63,990 nucleotides of DNA, filler included, from Catajapyx aquilonaris (GCA_000934665.2; 3 parts of 3 records of this genome joined end to end with filler, not necessarily neighbours in it), one strand, 5' to 3'. Positions 28,852 through 43,600 are shown, counted from the first letter of the whole stretch. Notes: generated by a model not told the origin, from the sequence alone. A program made the numbers and translations.

Positions 28852-29412
28852 GGAGAGCTGTACTAAAATGATTTACATTTTTTTTGCCACAAATACAGTG
28901 CCCGTACAGGTCAGCAGATAGTTACATATTATAGATAGAATCCTTCTGGAGCCGAATGAACAGGAGTCATGGGTGTAAAACCTTTCCGTACCCTCCAGGA
29001 ACCATTTTTGGAGCGGGTTCTGCGCACCCCCTCCCGGACAACTGCTTACAGTCAACAATACCCTCGAAATTGCATCAGCATGGATCTGAACAGGTGAAAG
29101 TCACTGGGGGCCAAGCGCAGCGGGTGTGGAAGCACCCAAACCCAGATCCATGAAAAAAATCCTTCGTCGACGCCATTTCGACGACACTGTTGACAGTTGT
29201 TTACATTGCTGATTGTGCACAGTTGTCCGGTAGTTGGTGCGTCGTACCTCCAAAAAGTGGTTCCTGGAGCGCCTGGAGAGGTTGACACACCTGTGGTGGT
29301 AGTGCATTCGGCTCCAGGAGGATTCTATCTATAATGTGTGACTATCTTCCGACCAGTACGGGTACTGTATTTGTGGCAAAAAAAATTGTAAATCATTTTA
29401 GTACGGGCCTTG
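28852..29412 (-). mobile_element. Internally deleted mariner element with ~107-bp inverted ends
   Basis: TA at 28850-51 and 29413-14. Inverted arms at ~28852-28958 and ~29304-29412. Minus-strand remnant WVLPHPLRLAPSDFHLFRSM corresponds to the mariner motif WEVLPHPPYSPDLAPSDFHLF. Confidence 0.85.
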
Positions 29413-30138
29413 TACAATATTATGTTACAATACCATAATTTATTATGTTATCGACTATTACGCTACCCTGTAATTAACTTACCCTTTTTTGACACGAGAG
29501 GGGGTTAAGGGTGTATATAAATCTCACAAGTATGGCATGCGTCACTATTCTCGGGTCGATCAGGGCGTCTTTTACCACAACAATACCAATGTTTACACCT
29601 CGATTACCATGGCAACGGTTCATCCGATCTTCTTATGTTTGATGCATGTCAGCTGTTTGATTTTTATCAACGGTCATCATGTCAGGATCATCAGAACAAA
29701 AGCAGCAGCAGCAGCAGTAACAACAACAACATAACCATAGTGGCCGATGGCCTCTCAGGGGATCTTTCATTCTCCTCATTTTAACCATCAATTATACTGA
29801 TGATGATGTCTGAAGCATCTCTCGGAATTTTAGGAAAATTTCACAATTTGCTTAGAATAGGTACCCTCCTACCAATTTTCCGCTGTTATTATGTTGTTAT
29901 TATATTTCTTTTACCATCACAAACACTTCATATCCCGGCAGCATGCAATGTATTGGAACACGAGAGAATTGACGCATATGGCCATGTTTATTACTATAGT
30001 AGCTGCATCTGGTTAGCCACTGCATCACTACAGAGAGGTTGCAATTTTTTTATGTTAAAAATCAAAATTCAAACAAAAAAATGCAAAAGCTGACATGGAG
30101 GCACAAAACGAACAGCGCTCTCATAAGTTAGCCCATAT

Positions 30139-30434
30139 TTTTATTTTTATTTTACTTACCCCGTGATACAACTACTTGGTCGTTATAGGGGGGGGGGGGG
30201 GGNGAAATAGGGTAAGGGTTGGGGATTTTGGGGAGGGGACACATGTGCAGGTGCATTGTCCAGCGGTGGGCCAGGTGCAGTCCCCCAGGAGGTCAGGTTG
30301 CCAAGACGCCTCCTTAGGCGCGGGTCACGACCCATTGACGCAAGCGAAAGGTTTGCTCCCGGGTGGGGATTTGAACCCGGGACCTTTCGCATAGCAAGCC
30401 GAGACGTTACCATCTCGGCCACCGTGCCTCCCCG
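30139..30434 (-). mobile_element. tRNA-derived SINE, family S2
   Basis: A box TGGCCGAGATGG, B box GGTTCAAATCC, A-rich tail, 12-bp TSD GTTAGCCCATAT (30127-30138, 30435-30446). The 5' ~220 bp are near-identical to the copy at 45059. Confidence 0.9.
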
Positions 30435-33400
30435 GTTAGCCCATATCCGTATCGGTAAAAACCTGTAGCGGACGATAATTTCAATTCGCTACTTCCGTGT
30501 GTAAAATTACAGCCATTTAAATGGGCTTTTCATAATTCAAGTGTGTAACTCATTGACAAAATTGAAAGTGGTACTATAAGAGCGCGTGGAAATTTTCACC
30601 AATACGGATGTGACCTAACTGATGAAAAACGAGGTATATACACACGCGCCTTCTCTCCACCATCCTGTTTCTCATTCCCAATTCCCCTTCCTCATTTCTT
30701 CCCCTTTTGTCTTTCTAACGTTGCTGCTCAATATTCGCTTTCAACAATTTCCCCACCGCCATTCTTCCCCACCTTCTATGCAACATTTTCCTTTACCAAT
30801 TCTCTTTCGGGCTCCTCCCACACCCATCTCTCGCCTTTCCCATGCGTGATCGCTTCGGATTTGCCATGAAGGAAGTTCCGATTATGTTTGGCAAATAGGT
30901 GGCTCCTTTGGAAGACCCTTCCCCTGATGGCGACGACGGGGGACGACGCGAAAAGGAAAAGGTCCATGGGAAAGGCGTTATGGGCTAGAAATCGTATCAA
31001 GTGTTTTAGAGGGTCGCTCGGAAATGGTTCTTGATGTATCCCAAGGGTGAGAGGGGGGAGGAAAGCGGGAGAAAGCCTTTGTATTTGATGAATTGGACCT
31101 GAAAGAAAGGTCCGGAGTAACGTGCAAGCAAACACGCCTCGAGGATGAACCAGAGCCCAATGCAGTAGTTTTAGGCCACATCAGGGATTTTATAATTTGC
31201 GCACTGGAAGTCCTAGTCCCATTGCACCACTGTCAGTAATCCATTATTTCACAAATCTAGCTCATTATGTTGCGAAATTCAGAAGATATTGATATTGCAG
31301 CTGTATTCTCCACATTTTACCTGGATTGTTCTATACATATGCAAACTCTTATTTAAGCGTTTACTGTCCTTATAAGTTGAAAATCAGCTTGGAAATAACC
31401 CCACATTTTCTGATCTGTTCCGCTTCACTTTTCTTCGTGAGACTACATCTGCACTGGTGTCAGTTGTATCCATGTAAACAAACCAGGTTGAGAAATGAGA
31501 TGATCCGGAATTGGAGAGCTCGTTGCATCTACTGGGAGAGTCAGCAGTATTTCCGCTAGTGTAATGACGCGAGAAGTGCAAAAGCGCGCGAGTTCCAATC
31601 TCGCAAAATGGCGTTGCATAGAGAGTGGCACGTGGGTCTGAAAACGAATGGGCGCCATTGACATTTGCGCATCGAAATAACGTAGCAAGCGAGAGAAGAA
31701 GCATCAGCAGCTGGAGCACAGGGTGTTGCAAGTCGCATTTATACAACCGGATGCGGAGGTATAGCAGACAAGAAAGGCGGCCCAGACACTTTATCACGTC
31801 TCAGCATGCTCGGAGAGGCCATAGTACAGAGGCTATTTGGTAGGTCTGTATACTAAGCGGCAATCTCTAAGGACGTATTACTTTCTTCCATATTTATCAA
31901 ATCTTGCAGTATCCTGGCAAATCCAAGCCTAATTTAAAATATTACAATTTTGGTACCCAGTACTAAAGTTACTACTGCATCATACAGTATACTGTAGATT
32001 CACTACCCATGTAGACCTAATCTACCTGTGAGGACCACGAACAGGCTAAGTAGAAATTTTTCATCTTTCATGTACGTACCGTAGAGCTATCATACACTTG
32101 TTAAATCATGTACCGGTTTTGCCACCTACATTGCTCTAAATTCCCTCAGTAAGCACCAGTAGCTATTCTTTATTATCTGGAAAAATGCACAGTCATGTTG
32201 ATGAAATGGATTAAGATGCCATCATTTCTCCCAGGAGAAAATCAGGTAATTATGATCATCCTCCATATAATATTATGAAGACCTGCAGTGAAAGGAAAAG
32301 TGGTGATCAAGCGAGGTCAATTAATTAAATACCGGTAAACTGTCTAAAATGCTTACAGTCTGAACGTCCGTACTGTTTATTTTTCGAATAATCAGCTTTA
32401 TTTGCATAACTTATAGTGTTTGTTGCATGAAGCGCTACAGATCTTAAGAAATACAGACAGGTGATTAGTAAGCAGTTCAATACCAACACCAATTTTCCCA
32501 AAACAGGCCACGCTGATAGAGAAGAAATTAAATAACCCTTACAGTGCAATGTGTGTACTCTACAGTGTAAGTTACCCAAAACATCATTCTGAAGGCACTT
32601 GGCCCTTTGTTAACTCGGGGATAAGATTTGAGAATTGCATTTCCATATTTCAACATCAGAGCCTGTAAGGGCATCCTTAACTTTTCTACGGATATTAAAT
32701 CTTGGGTGTTCAGTATATATTGGAAGTTCAAAAATATTCACACATACATAATTATATCATTGGTGAAAGTATGAGCGCTATCGACAGGTAGCTGGTTTTG
32801 AGTTACACAGCTGAAAATTTTGCGAGCCTGTATAGAATCCCCTCGGGAAGTTATTTCAGATATGATATTGAACCATATGAATATCTAGCGAATTTATATC
32901 ATGCGTAGGTGTTTAAGTCCACATTTTCACACTGTTTTAACCTTTTCAGTTGGATTGCAATTTAGTAGGCCCTTTAATAGAATAGCAGGATGATCAAAAA
33001 TACCCTGGATACATTTGATAAACACTAAAAGTAACTATGCAAACGCAATTCCTAAAATAAGCGGCTTATTGCAATATTATTATCAAAAACATGACAAATG
33101 TAAACGAAGACACTAAGCATAGTACTAACCCATCACCAGTGCTTACCCTATGGCTGAGACACAGATAGAGGAACGGCACTTGACATGACACATCCAGTAT
33201 GTTGATTTTGCCTTTCAAAAAACATGAACAATCATTGGCTATGACAAACTGCTCATCACTTATCCAAATCCCCTAAATTACCAAAGCAATAACCTAAATC
33301 TAAATAATTGCCGATCCACATAAAAATATGTAATAGGCTATACTGTACACTTACACACATAAATAAACTCAACGTTAATAATTACCAAATTAACAGTTAT

Positions 33401-33506
33401 GCATAAGGATATGCCCATGGTTGAGCCCAGATGAAGTCTCGCATAATTTCAATTCAAATTAGTACACAAGCTGCTCCCATTTGCTCACATCTCTCTAGCA
33501 GAGGTA

Positions 33507-33641
33507 CAGTGGTGGATAATAATGGAGAAGAGCACAAGTATGGCTACCTGGCGGAGTTTTCCCTCTTCATGAAGCAGCTTCCTAGAGGGAAGACTCCGCC
33601 AGGTGGCCATACTTGTGCTTCTCCATTAATTTCCTCCACTG
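33507..33641. mobile_element. Tc1/mariner-type MITE, 135 bp
   Basis: TA|CAGTGG...CCACTG|TA with ~58-bp imperfect inverted arms. Confidence 0.85.
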
Positions 33642-36600
33642 TACAAGGTGCGCAGTTTCTCTCAAACTCAGCATTTTCCAAGCCTAAACTACCTTAATTG
33701 ACATCCGCATCATTACGGGAATTAATTTTATTTATTTATTTTCGACGAATATTGGATTCCGCTGGACTTGCGACTCACCCTGTCTGGAACGCTCTTATTG
33801 TGATAACAAGATGACTAGTAAGCATTAGAAATGTGCAAAAAGAGGCAGCAGATTCAGGCAGCGGCGGGCGTCAGCAGAAGCAGGCTGGTGTAGGTAACGA
33901 ACGGGCAGCAATATCTTTTTACGGCTTAATGAATTTATTATCCTTGCGGGGAACCCATATTACTCGGGCAATGAGGTAACGAAGTAACCAGATAACCAGG
34001 TGCGTGAGTACCGAAAAGGCTAATGAGTTTAATTCCGAGCAGGACTTGGGCTAAACCGTACACGGTCGGATGCCCCGACTGTTTCAACTGACAGTGCAAT
34101 TATGGATGAAGTGGTTTGTGTTGAAGTGCTCCTTCCTTGCATATTCAGCCGGAATTTGGCAGGTGCACTGGTCTATAAACATGGCGCACTGGGATTATGT
34201 TTTGCAGCCGGCCGGAGATGAAAGTGCCGGCCTATTTTGAATGCCTGGAAGCAAGTATTGAGGATGCCAAAAAATTATGAAAACGTGTGGGCGACCTGGT
34301 AGCAACCGTTGGTGCAGATGTAACCCGACGACGTCAAAAGAGGTCCAATATCATGGGCTGACATCAGACTGTCGCATCCAGTCCAAGTACGCTACACTGC
34401 TCCTACATTGCGACAATAATGTCAAAGGTAAGCACGCATGTTAATTATTGAATGATGGAATGGAAGGTGCAAGGTGAGGCTTCAGTACAGGCGTTATAGT
34501 GTACTTTGGTATCGTCATGCCGCCTAGGGTGGCGGAAAAAGTTCATACATTATGTTTGGGGGTGAGGCAGATGAGCCGTGTTGACCGCTCATATGTGCCA
34601 ACTCTCGGCCGCAACTTGATATAAGGCTTCGTCTTTATTGCCCATTCATGAAGCACATATGGCATCAACGTGTCACTCGCTGGATTCAGGCTACCCTCCA
34701 TAACTGTCCGTTGCACCTTCAAGGGTGTTAAACCGCTACTTTTACTAATTAAATATAATAAATATTAAGATAACAGGTTTAATATGAATTTACTTTTGTG
34801 AAAAATCTGTTTTTCTCATTCGTATATTGAGAAAATTAATATTTCTGTCAATTTACAAAAAAACCCACACATTATATTGTGAAGGATATGAGATGGCTCG
34901 TTGCCATATATGATAATAAATATATTTACATTGTTATAATGGGGAAGTTGGACATGCTGGAAGCTGGGGTGATTAGATGTCGAAGCACGTGCTGGTTACA
35001 AAAAATACACGCTCCGGGCTTTTTCTTTCGAAAAAGAAATGAGGAAATCTTGATGCCTCTCAGAACGCTTGCTTTCGCCTCCTCCCTTCTTGATTTCCTA
35101 GGCACGACTTCCATAATACTCCTCTTTGCAAATCCTGCGCACGATGGCATTGGTGTCGTCCTAAGGCCAGAAAGGGGGGTAGGGGTCACTTCGTAACAAT
35201 TCATCAGCGATGCTGATCCAATGGGATTTTGCCTGATTTGACGTTACTGTTGACTATAACTAGACATCTTTGTTTATTGGAGTGGACTTTATATTATTGC
35301 AAACATTATTTTATTTATAAATCAGATTCTAAATTCTAACGCTCGCGCACAAAGTTTGCATCTTACAATATGTATTGAAGAGGCTTGTATATTTGTGCAG
35401 TAGAATGTATAGCTTTAAGAGCTGCAGAAACATTTTCCTCACGATCCCACGGTGGTGATTTATATGACTGGTCCTAAGATACTCAGGAGGAGAGCAAAGT
35501 TGATCCCTATGGAAGACATTTCTCACCCACCTAACCTCCGATAGTTGGCAAATCTGACGTGTTATTAACTGAGTTTGGGATTGACAAAGAACTGAAAATG
35601 GAAAATGCTGCTGTCCAAGGGCGTGACTCCCCTGACTTAATATTATTCATCTGAATTTTTAAGGATATTGTATCACTATAATCTTCATCTCTATTTCTTC
35701 GTATAATACGAGAATATAGCTTGTCTCGATCTTTTTTCTCATGCCCTATTCTTTGTGCTCCAGCAAAGAGTATTATCCTAATTTTACAGCTAATCCTGCG
35801 ATTATTTGTGCAATAGTAGCACCACCATACCAGTAATAATGCTCTTTTCGTGCGTTTCACATTCTGAGTTTACAATTTACATTTTAAAGAAAAACAAAAC
35901 ATTGAAAATATTGACTTTACATACAATATGCATGGTGACATTTAGTGACTGGTCACTTACGGTACATATATGATTTTTATTGTCGTAGAAAAAGTTATGC
36001 AAAAATGATTTGGTAAGAGTAAATCTGTTGTGTTAGTAGGTGCATAAATATTATGTCTGCATTTTTATGTTTTAAAGACACATACTATCTTTACAGCTTT
36101 AAAAAATTCCGTGGATTTGATGTCAAAATTTTATTCTTCTGGAAATTCTTCGTGTCATGGTGTAAATAAAAGCAAACAGAAGAAAAACCCATTACCAGTG
36201 ATTTACTATATATACAGGATGTTCTAATTAACAGAGCGTTAGTTTGTTAGCTGTTTGATACTAAGCTGCTTACTTTTAAGCACTTACCTTTGCATAGTTA
36301 ATTTTAGTGGTTATTAAAAGTATTAGGTTGTCTGGACTGATCCTTTTTAAAGCCTCCAAATGGGGTCTGGCCTGCAAAAAAAATGGATTGTATTATTCAC
36401 GTTCGATGCTAATTACTGTTCCAATGGGTCATTCCCAATAGGATATTCATGGCAATTCAGAGATAGGATACTTACCTTATGTTGGCCTACAGTACACTGC
36501 AACGTACACTGTATTAGCAGAAGATATATGTATTTTTGATAACCACTAAAAGTAACTGTTTAGAAATGAGCACAGCGTAGTACAAATATTTCTAACTATG

Positions 36601-38577
36601 AACGGCATTCCATATGGAACACTATCTACATTAGTTCAGAAGATACGTAGGCTTGAAATAATTTGTTACGCCAATTAGCAAAAAAACATATTTTAACAAC
36701 ATGCTGCGATCAAAATTTGGCAAAAATATATGCAAGAACTTAACATGAATTTTGCTGTGTAGAGAGACGATCAGTATAGATGCCTGTTTAGTTCTGGAAT
36801 GAAACAGACCCATCATATTCTGAAGACGTTATTGGGATAATATTGTGACGGCAACATACTCAATTAAAAGATACGTTGGGTCAGAAAATGACTGCAAATC
36901 GATGTTTTCCGGACGTAAGAGAGTGAGAAAATCGTAGTTAACTATTTTTCTGGTGCCAGATGGAGAAATGGAGCGTCGTCTCGATCTATCCCTGCTGCTG
37001 GTGCAAGTAAGATGAAAGGTTTTGATGATGTTTGCCGGAAAGATGGAAGTTTCAGATGATCCTTACTTCGGCAGCAAACTTCGTTAGCAAGTCGCGGCTG
37101 CTTACCAAAGCTGTTTTGATGGTGAGTAGCCGGGCTTAGCTAGCTTCCTCTGAACCCCCAGACAAGATCTATGCCCTGGCTTGAGAGACGCGTCTCCTAA
37201 TAGCTTGGGCGGCGCTCTAACAATGGGTGTCTTCTCAGACCCTAACCTCGCCCTGCAGAATTGATTGCTTTGGTGACAACAAATAATTTCCATTCTTAGT
37301 GGTGCGTGTCAGGTCGCATTTGGAACGTAACGTCTACAATTAACATTAAGAAAATGTTGGCCATTGTTTCTCAAAAGAAGCTATATGGTGTTTAAGTTGT
37401 AGCGAAAATATATCAACAGATGCTATGGAGTCCGAATAATTACGGTATTGTCTGGCGGTCATGAAGTGAAAATGTGCCCTTTAAAATATGAAAGATTTTA
37501 AGATATCTTTAGCAAGAACATTAGAGAGGGTAGCATATGTTCATTTTGTAGAAGTTATTTAAATGCTATGCATTTCTCTCAGACAACGTCCCCTGCAGGT
37601 TGTCCCTGACATTTAGGACGGACAGCAAGACACAGAGAACCCCGGGTTTACAGCCTGATAAATAATTTCATTCTCACTTACTGTGGAAGGCATTCCCCCT
37701 TTTTAAAAAAGATTCCCGAATGGAGAGGTATCCTAGCTCCGAAGGCAGAATCAAAGAGCAAGGAATCCATTAGTAATCATACGGTTGCATTAATATTGGA
37801 CAGTGTCGATAGACCAATGGAAGCAGTTGGTGGGAAAGGGCTGCCTTAAACATCGTACCAAGTTTCAAAGGGAATGCATGCAGCAACTTTCTTTGGCTTT
37901 ATTTACCTACCACTCCTCCTAATCATCAATTACACTGCATCGCCTGAGCCCAGTGCTGCAAAAAGCACTGTAGTAAATGTTTAAAATCCTTATCAGGGCT
38001 TATACTTGGTGTTTGTGAAGGTCATAATGGGATGGATGCGCTGCAATACTCCGTTATTCAGTTCAGTAATGAAGGGAATTATGCCGCAAAGAGTGTTAAA
38101 ATTTTAATCCTGCAGCGAATATGCGATAGTTGGTGGATCTGTGCAGTGTGCAGATTTAGGGAAAGAGTCGTAAACTTATGCATAATTTATTTGAAATATT
38201 ATTTTTCAGTTTCGTCTATGGACGGATACATGCCGGTGGCAAAAAATATACAGTGGATAACATTTGCAACGCATCAGAAGCACATGTTATCCCAGCCCGA
38301 GTTACAAATGCATGAATTCTCTATTACTGTGGTATACACGCTACATTGCAGGCAGGAACCCCATTTTTATGTTGCTAATATTTTTGTATTCACGGACAAT
38401 AAAAAGGAAATCACCGCTCTTCATTGCATGCAAGTTCATATAACAGCGGGTTATTTTTTATGTGAATGCAATTACTCTTCTGGATTTATCCGCGGAAGCA
38501 GCTGTCTTCAAATTTCCTGCGCTTGAGAATAAAATTTTCCTGGAATTTAAAGACACTTGCTTTTACAGCGTAAAAAT

Positions 38578-38814
38578 GAAGGGCTCTCTGCAATAACCAG
38601 GTATGTGCACTTAGGACTTTTTTCCATAGTTTTAAATCGAAAAGCCTATAAACCAAGTAAGTCCACATACCTGCTGGTTATTGCAAAGAACTCTTCCAGT
38701 TAAGGGTTTTCTACAATGTGGACAATGTTGACTTACCTGGTTTATAGGTTTTTCGCTTTGAAACTGTGGAAAAAGTCCTAAGTGCACACACCTGGTTATT
38801 GCAGAGAGCCCTTC
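38578..38814. mobile_element. Foldback MITE, 237 bp
   Basis: GAAGGGCTCTCTGCAATAACCAGGT.../...ACCTGGTTATTGCAGAGAGCCCTTC with ~90-bp arms. AAAAT lies on both flanks. An extra degenerate terminus copy sits at ~38675-38697. Confidence 0.85.
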
Positions 38815-38932
38815 AAAATGTAGTATACTCTAAGTATACATGGCTTCTTTCATACCTGTGGGTTAGTAAAATTGTGTCATCTCAACGCATTTATGGGATT
38901 CATACTCGTATAGTGTATATGGGCTCGTTTTA

Positions 38933-39209
38933 ACTGAAGCAGGTTGGCCTAGTGGATAAGGCGTCCGACTGCTAATCGGGATGTCCTGGGTTCGAATCCC
39001 GGGGCCGGCAACTCTGACCGTGGTTTTCTGTGGTTTCCCACGGTCCTTCCAGGGAAATTCCGGGGTTGCTTCCGCAATTAATAGGCCACAGCCGCTTCCT
39101 TCCGTCCCTATCCTATCCCATAAAGCGCAGTAAAATGAAAGCAAAGAGTTCCAGGCAAAACAAACTTCCCCCCTAAAGAGCCGATGGCTGATAACGGGGT
39201 ATGAATTAT
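38933..39209 (+). mobile_element. tRNA-derived SINE, family S1 (Ser-GCT-like anticodon arm)
   Basis: A box TGGCCTAGTGG, GACTGCTAATC anticodon arm, B box GGTTCGAATCC, body GGTTTTCTGTGGTTTCCC. Imperfect TSD TATATGnnCTCGTTT at 38916-30 and 39210-24. Second copy at 45796. Confidence 0.9.
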
Positions 39210-42200
39210 TATATGTACTCGTTTATTGTAGGCTGCTGTACTGGACCATGCTAGCAACGACATATAAAATGAATAATATTCTACTAAATTTTGCATAGAT
39301 TTTAAGGATGTCGTTTTAAACTTAACCCATTAAAATTCTAGCTTTTCATGAAACACTTTTTTTCTCTCTAGGGAGTACTGCACGTTCTAAAAATGAGTCA
39401 ATTCTAAGAAATGAAAGAGGGAAAATCTGGATGTTCCCTCGCTCTCTGGCCCCCCTTCCTCCTCGCTTTTTCCACTCGATAACAATATTATCTAGAATGA
39501 AAAGAGACAGGCTTGAAACTGGTTGTACGAAGCACTTAAGAGTTCGGAAAAGAAGGATATAATTGGATTGCCGGGTGCAGAAAAGTGAGGTCGGACATAA
39601 GTAATAGCTACCGTGGGTTGAGTGGCCTCGCAATCCACGTGTCCAGTTCCACTTGCCCAAATCCTGATTGGAAATGTTCCAATTTTTTGGAGGTGGAGAT
39701 ATGTCCAATAGGTAGGCTACTATTAAAAACAGAAATTGTTAAAATAACCAAGCCTGTTTGGTTGAGAGAAAATAGGTCATTTTAACCTTGAAAAATCTGA
39801 TTAGTTGCATTATTTTGGTGTATTCAACAGAATATTTTTTAAACACGAAAATGATACTTGTTTCATGCTCTAAACATCTGTTTGAACATGACATTTGCAA
39901 ACAGCTGACATAAAAAGATCTGTTCCTGTGAGATGTTTTTTTGCGCACTGAAATATTGGTGGATAAGACCTTTGCTTTCTGTTTCAACGACCTACTCATG
40001 AAGTGGTCTCACAACATCAAGCGTTCCCATTTCATACACAATATGCCGCGTTATAGAGTTCCATAATTTCCAGTCTAGTTGGCCGATCGCAGTAATGGAA
40101 TATGCAGGAGCGCCCCAAATGTAATGGCAGCTGCAGGGAACGAAATTTTGAGTTTGATGGGTCACTAATGGAGCATTCTCAAGAAAACAGAGAGGGTAAT
40201 AGAGAAACTTGCTGCATTCTTAATGCGAGGACGATTTTGAGCCAGGTCTTTTTTTTCCCTTCGTTTCAGGAAACGATCGAAATCAGCATTTTGCCCGAGT
40301 GGGCCAGCCCCGCAACCGCTCACACTGATGAAACTTTTATCCTCACTATAATGTGACAGTTTAAAGCCTCCTCGAAATTTTACGGGAAGCATTTCCCAAC
40401 GACGTTAAAAGTTTCATTTTCATATCGCCTGCAATAACAATTGCGATGTTAGTATTAGCCAGACGAATAATTTTACCCTGACGTAATGCTAGGTAGGAGT
40501 AAGCCATATCATCCAAACTTCTGGCATGCCGTACCAAAAATAATCAGAGACTTAACTGTGATCAGCAATTGCATTAAAAAACATTTGACTATTCTACAAA
40601 AATAATTACACTAAGTTGTTAGGCTATAGTAAATCAAAAATTATATTAACGGCACATAATAATATTGATCAACAAGCATGGCAAGTGTTGTTATACTTCG
40701 TGTTTAATGTAGCTTGAAAACGGTTTTTTTTTGTATTAATTCTTTGAAAGGGGTTTCTACTCGACAAGGAAACGTGTGAACTTTGAAGTGGAATGACACC
40801 TTTACTCTCGGGTGGGTGAAGTCCAAGCTTAGGGCCAGACTACTGAATAAACATTTTTGCGAGGAAAGTAAAAACGTGGATGAAGATGGGGAAGGTCTCA
40901 GAAACTTGTAGAGGGAAGTGTGGCGTGAAAATAAAAAAAACTTGATTGGAATGCGGGTCGTTGCGTGTATCCATTTCAAGCTGAGGGGTCCCTATGATTC
41001 ATTCACACAAAGAGGTAATTTATGTGCATAAGCGATTGTTGTTTTAACATTTTGTTGAGATTTTTAAATGGATAACGGGTTTTTCCTGTTCAGACTTTGA
41101 ACTGTATGTCAGATTTGCCTACTTGATATGTGGCACTGTGAGGTGACCAAACATGGCGGAATCCACCTTAAACCCCATCTATTACACTTCCGGAGAACTT
41201 TTAAGTTGTCCTACGATTACACCTGGTGTTCTATCCGGTACCGAGGCCGGTACACTTAGCTGTAATAGATCAGCGGATTTGTCAAAAATATACCATAATA
41301 TCAAAATATACCCATTCTTCTTGATAAGTTCCTGCCCTAGATTTGCATAACTAATAATGGGCCTTTCATTTTTATTATATCCTGGTCGTGTCCGGCTAAG
41401 TACTGTACATGTTAGAGAGCAATAATGGTTCCTGACTTGAAAATTATCTGCACAGTGCCATGTTTAATAATTTGTGAATTCCCATATTCGAGCAATATTA
41501 CAGTACTGTACATACGTATCTATACTCGGCACGTAATGTGTCGTGGCCATTTCAGGTGCGTGTCCGAATATGTCCCGGATCAGGCGTCCGATCCCTATCC
41601 CCCGGGTCAGATTGGACGCCTCGCATCCTCGCTAAAAGTTGAATGCGACGGCATCTAACCCTATTGCAAAATTCATGTTGTCCTGGGAATCCCTCCCTTC
41701 CCTCCTTGCAACTGGGGGGAAGGGGGAGGCTTCATTCGCGGAACTACCTTTAAAATTTATGTGGACCATAACTTAATTCTTAACATTCTGGGATGGTTGC
41801 CAAGACTCCTTTTTGCGGTGATTCCCTCCAGATTTGCGGAGTACTTATATCGCGCTCCGAAGCCACACCTCATTGCTCAGCTCCAGCGCTACCAAATGGG
41901 TATTGGGACTTGGGGTTGCCCACTCAATGAAGCAGAAGGGGGTGATAATTACTTTGCTTCCCTGCACCGCATTACCCTGTGCACGTACACTCTCTTAGCA
42001 CTCCATGGCTCTGCATTGTAGCCTTATTTTGTTGCAAAAATTGGGCATGGGCAGATGGGAAATCGTAAAAAATGTAGTCTGACGCAATTTATGGAAGGCC
42101 ATTTTTAAGGCGTCCTTTCAAGGTCATCTGTAAAATATTTGAGGACCCCGAGTTCGGTGCAAATTGCGTAGGGGTTTGCTGCTCGCTGCGCATATTGCAA

Positions 42201-42544
42201 ATTTGATGCAACCAGCAATACACTGCAATTTCGCTTCAATCTGCAGGGTTTTTCAGGAACTCACTTCCAGGCAAGCTTGAAGATTATGAACATGTATTAA
42301 GATAGGTCCACACGAGCATTGTTGTGAATCTGTATATCAAAATGCCCCGACAACTACTGTATAATTGTGTCCAATGAGGAATTGTTATTATTAACCCAGA
42401 TATGCCTGAATCATTTTTTGCTTAAGTTTTAAAATATTTTCTGTTTACGAGCAAATGAAGAACTAACATGCGAGTAAATATCTAAAAATTTAACGGCAAC
42501 TGCAGAAGTACACGCCATTACTTATATAATTAAACCCACGTATA

Positions 42545-42734
42545 CAGGGTGCGTGTAAATGAATTCGGGGGACAAACGTGTAGGGGTAACAGAGGGGACC
42601 AAGACAAACATATTTGACCTAGGAACTCGTGTCCGGAAACGCCATCTAGAGGGGGTTCATAGACAAGGAACGGGTGCGGTCAGACGCGTCACGTGGGAGG
42701 TGCTAACAAGCGGACCGTTTAGTTGCTAGGTGGC
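42545..42734. mobile_element. Probable Tc1/mariner-type transposon end, truncated by the gap
   Basis: Begins TA|CAGGGTG; the partner TIR is not visible. Confidence 0.4.
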
Positions 42735-42834
42735 NNNNNNNNNNNNNNNNNNNNNNNNNNNNNNNNNNNNNNNNNNNNTTAATTAATTAANNNNNNNNNN
42801 NNNNNNNNNNNNNNNNNNNNNNNNNNNNNNNNNN
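42735..42834. other. Artificial contig linker
   Basis: 44 N + TTAATTAATTAA + 44 N. Confidence 0.97.
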
Positions 42835-42929
42835 GACGTTGAACTTGGCCGTATTTCAGATCTCACCACTTTTGACGGCCAAGCAGTCAGGAGAACTTGG
42901 CCTTTTTTTACAGAAAGGTTTTTGGTGGG

Positions 42930-43600
42930 ATAATTATTACTTAAATAAATTATGGAGAAATATATTCTATAAACTGAAAATAAATTAGCTAGATTATAAT
43001 TATTACTTAAATTATTTAGATATATTAGTTATTACTTAATTTATTATTAAATAAATAATTATGGTGCAATTGGATAAATTGTTAATAAATTATATTATAA
43101 TTATTATTTGAATTAATTAAAAATTAAACGGATTATTAAATAGATGATTAATTTATCTGAAAATAGCGAATTAATTATTGATCACTTATTTACTTATTGA
43201 TTAATGTCAAATTATTGGTATTAATGAATACACTATCGAATAATTAAATAAGATACTTATTAAGCAAATGAATTATTGATTGATTACATTATTAATGAAA
43301 TAATAATTTTAAAAAAAAATGATTAAATGAATTGTTAATTGGTCGAAAAAACTTAATTAGGTGATTGGTCAGCTACTTATTGGTTCTTACATGATGATTA
43401 AAAATAATATTAAATAGATAAACGACTGCCAATGACTACTTAATGAAATAAATTATTAATTGAACAAATGAAATAATTATTAATTGGTCAAATTATAAAC
43501 TGACTGAAAGAAATTATTAATTTTTCAGATAATAAATTAACAAAATGAAATTATGAAATTGTCAAATTATTAATTAAGCAAATAAATAATCGATCAGTTG
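42930..43600. repeat. Extremely AT-rich low-complexity tract
   Basis: Dense AATTA/TTAAT/TAAAT words with very few G or C. Confidence 0.8.

Noticed and set aside
28030..33900. Candidate minus-strand exons or promoter (acceptor ~28206, TATAAA ~31745, GTGAGT donor 33773-78)
   Set aside because: Isolated motifs with no homology support, separated from the LYPD6-like gene by a contig linker.
38936..39010. Apparent tRNA-Ser(GCT) gene (also at 45798)
   Set aside because: No long variable arm or paired acceptor stem; continues into a SINE body, tail and TSD.
21321..42834. TTAATTAATTAA palindromes within N runs
   Set aside because: Identical 100-nt artificial linkers, not biology. Adjacency across them is uncertain.
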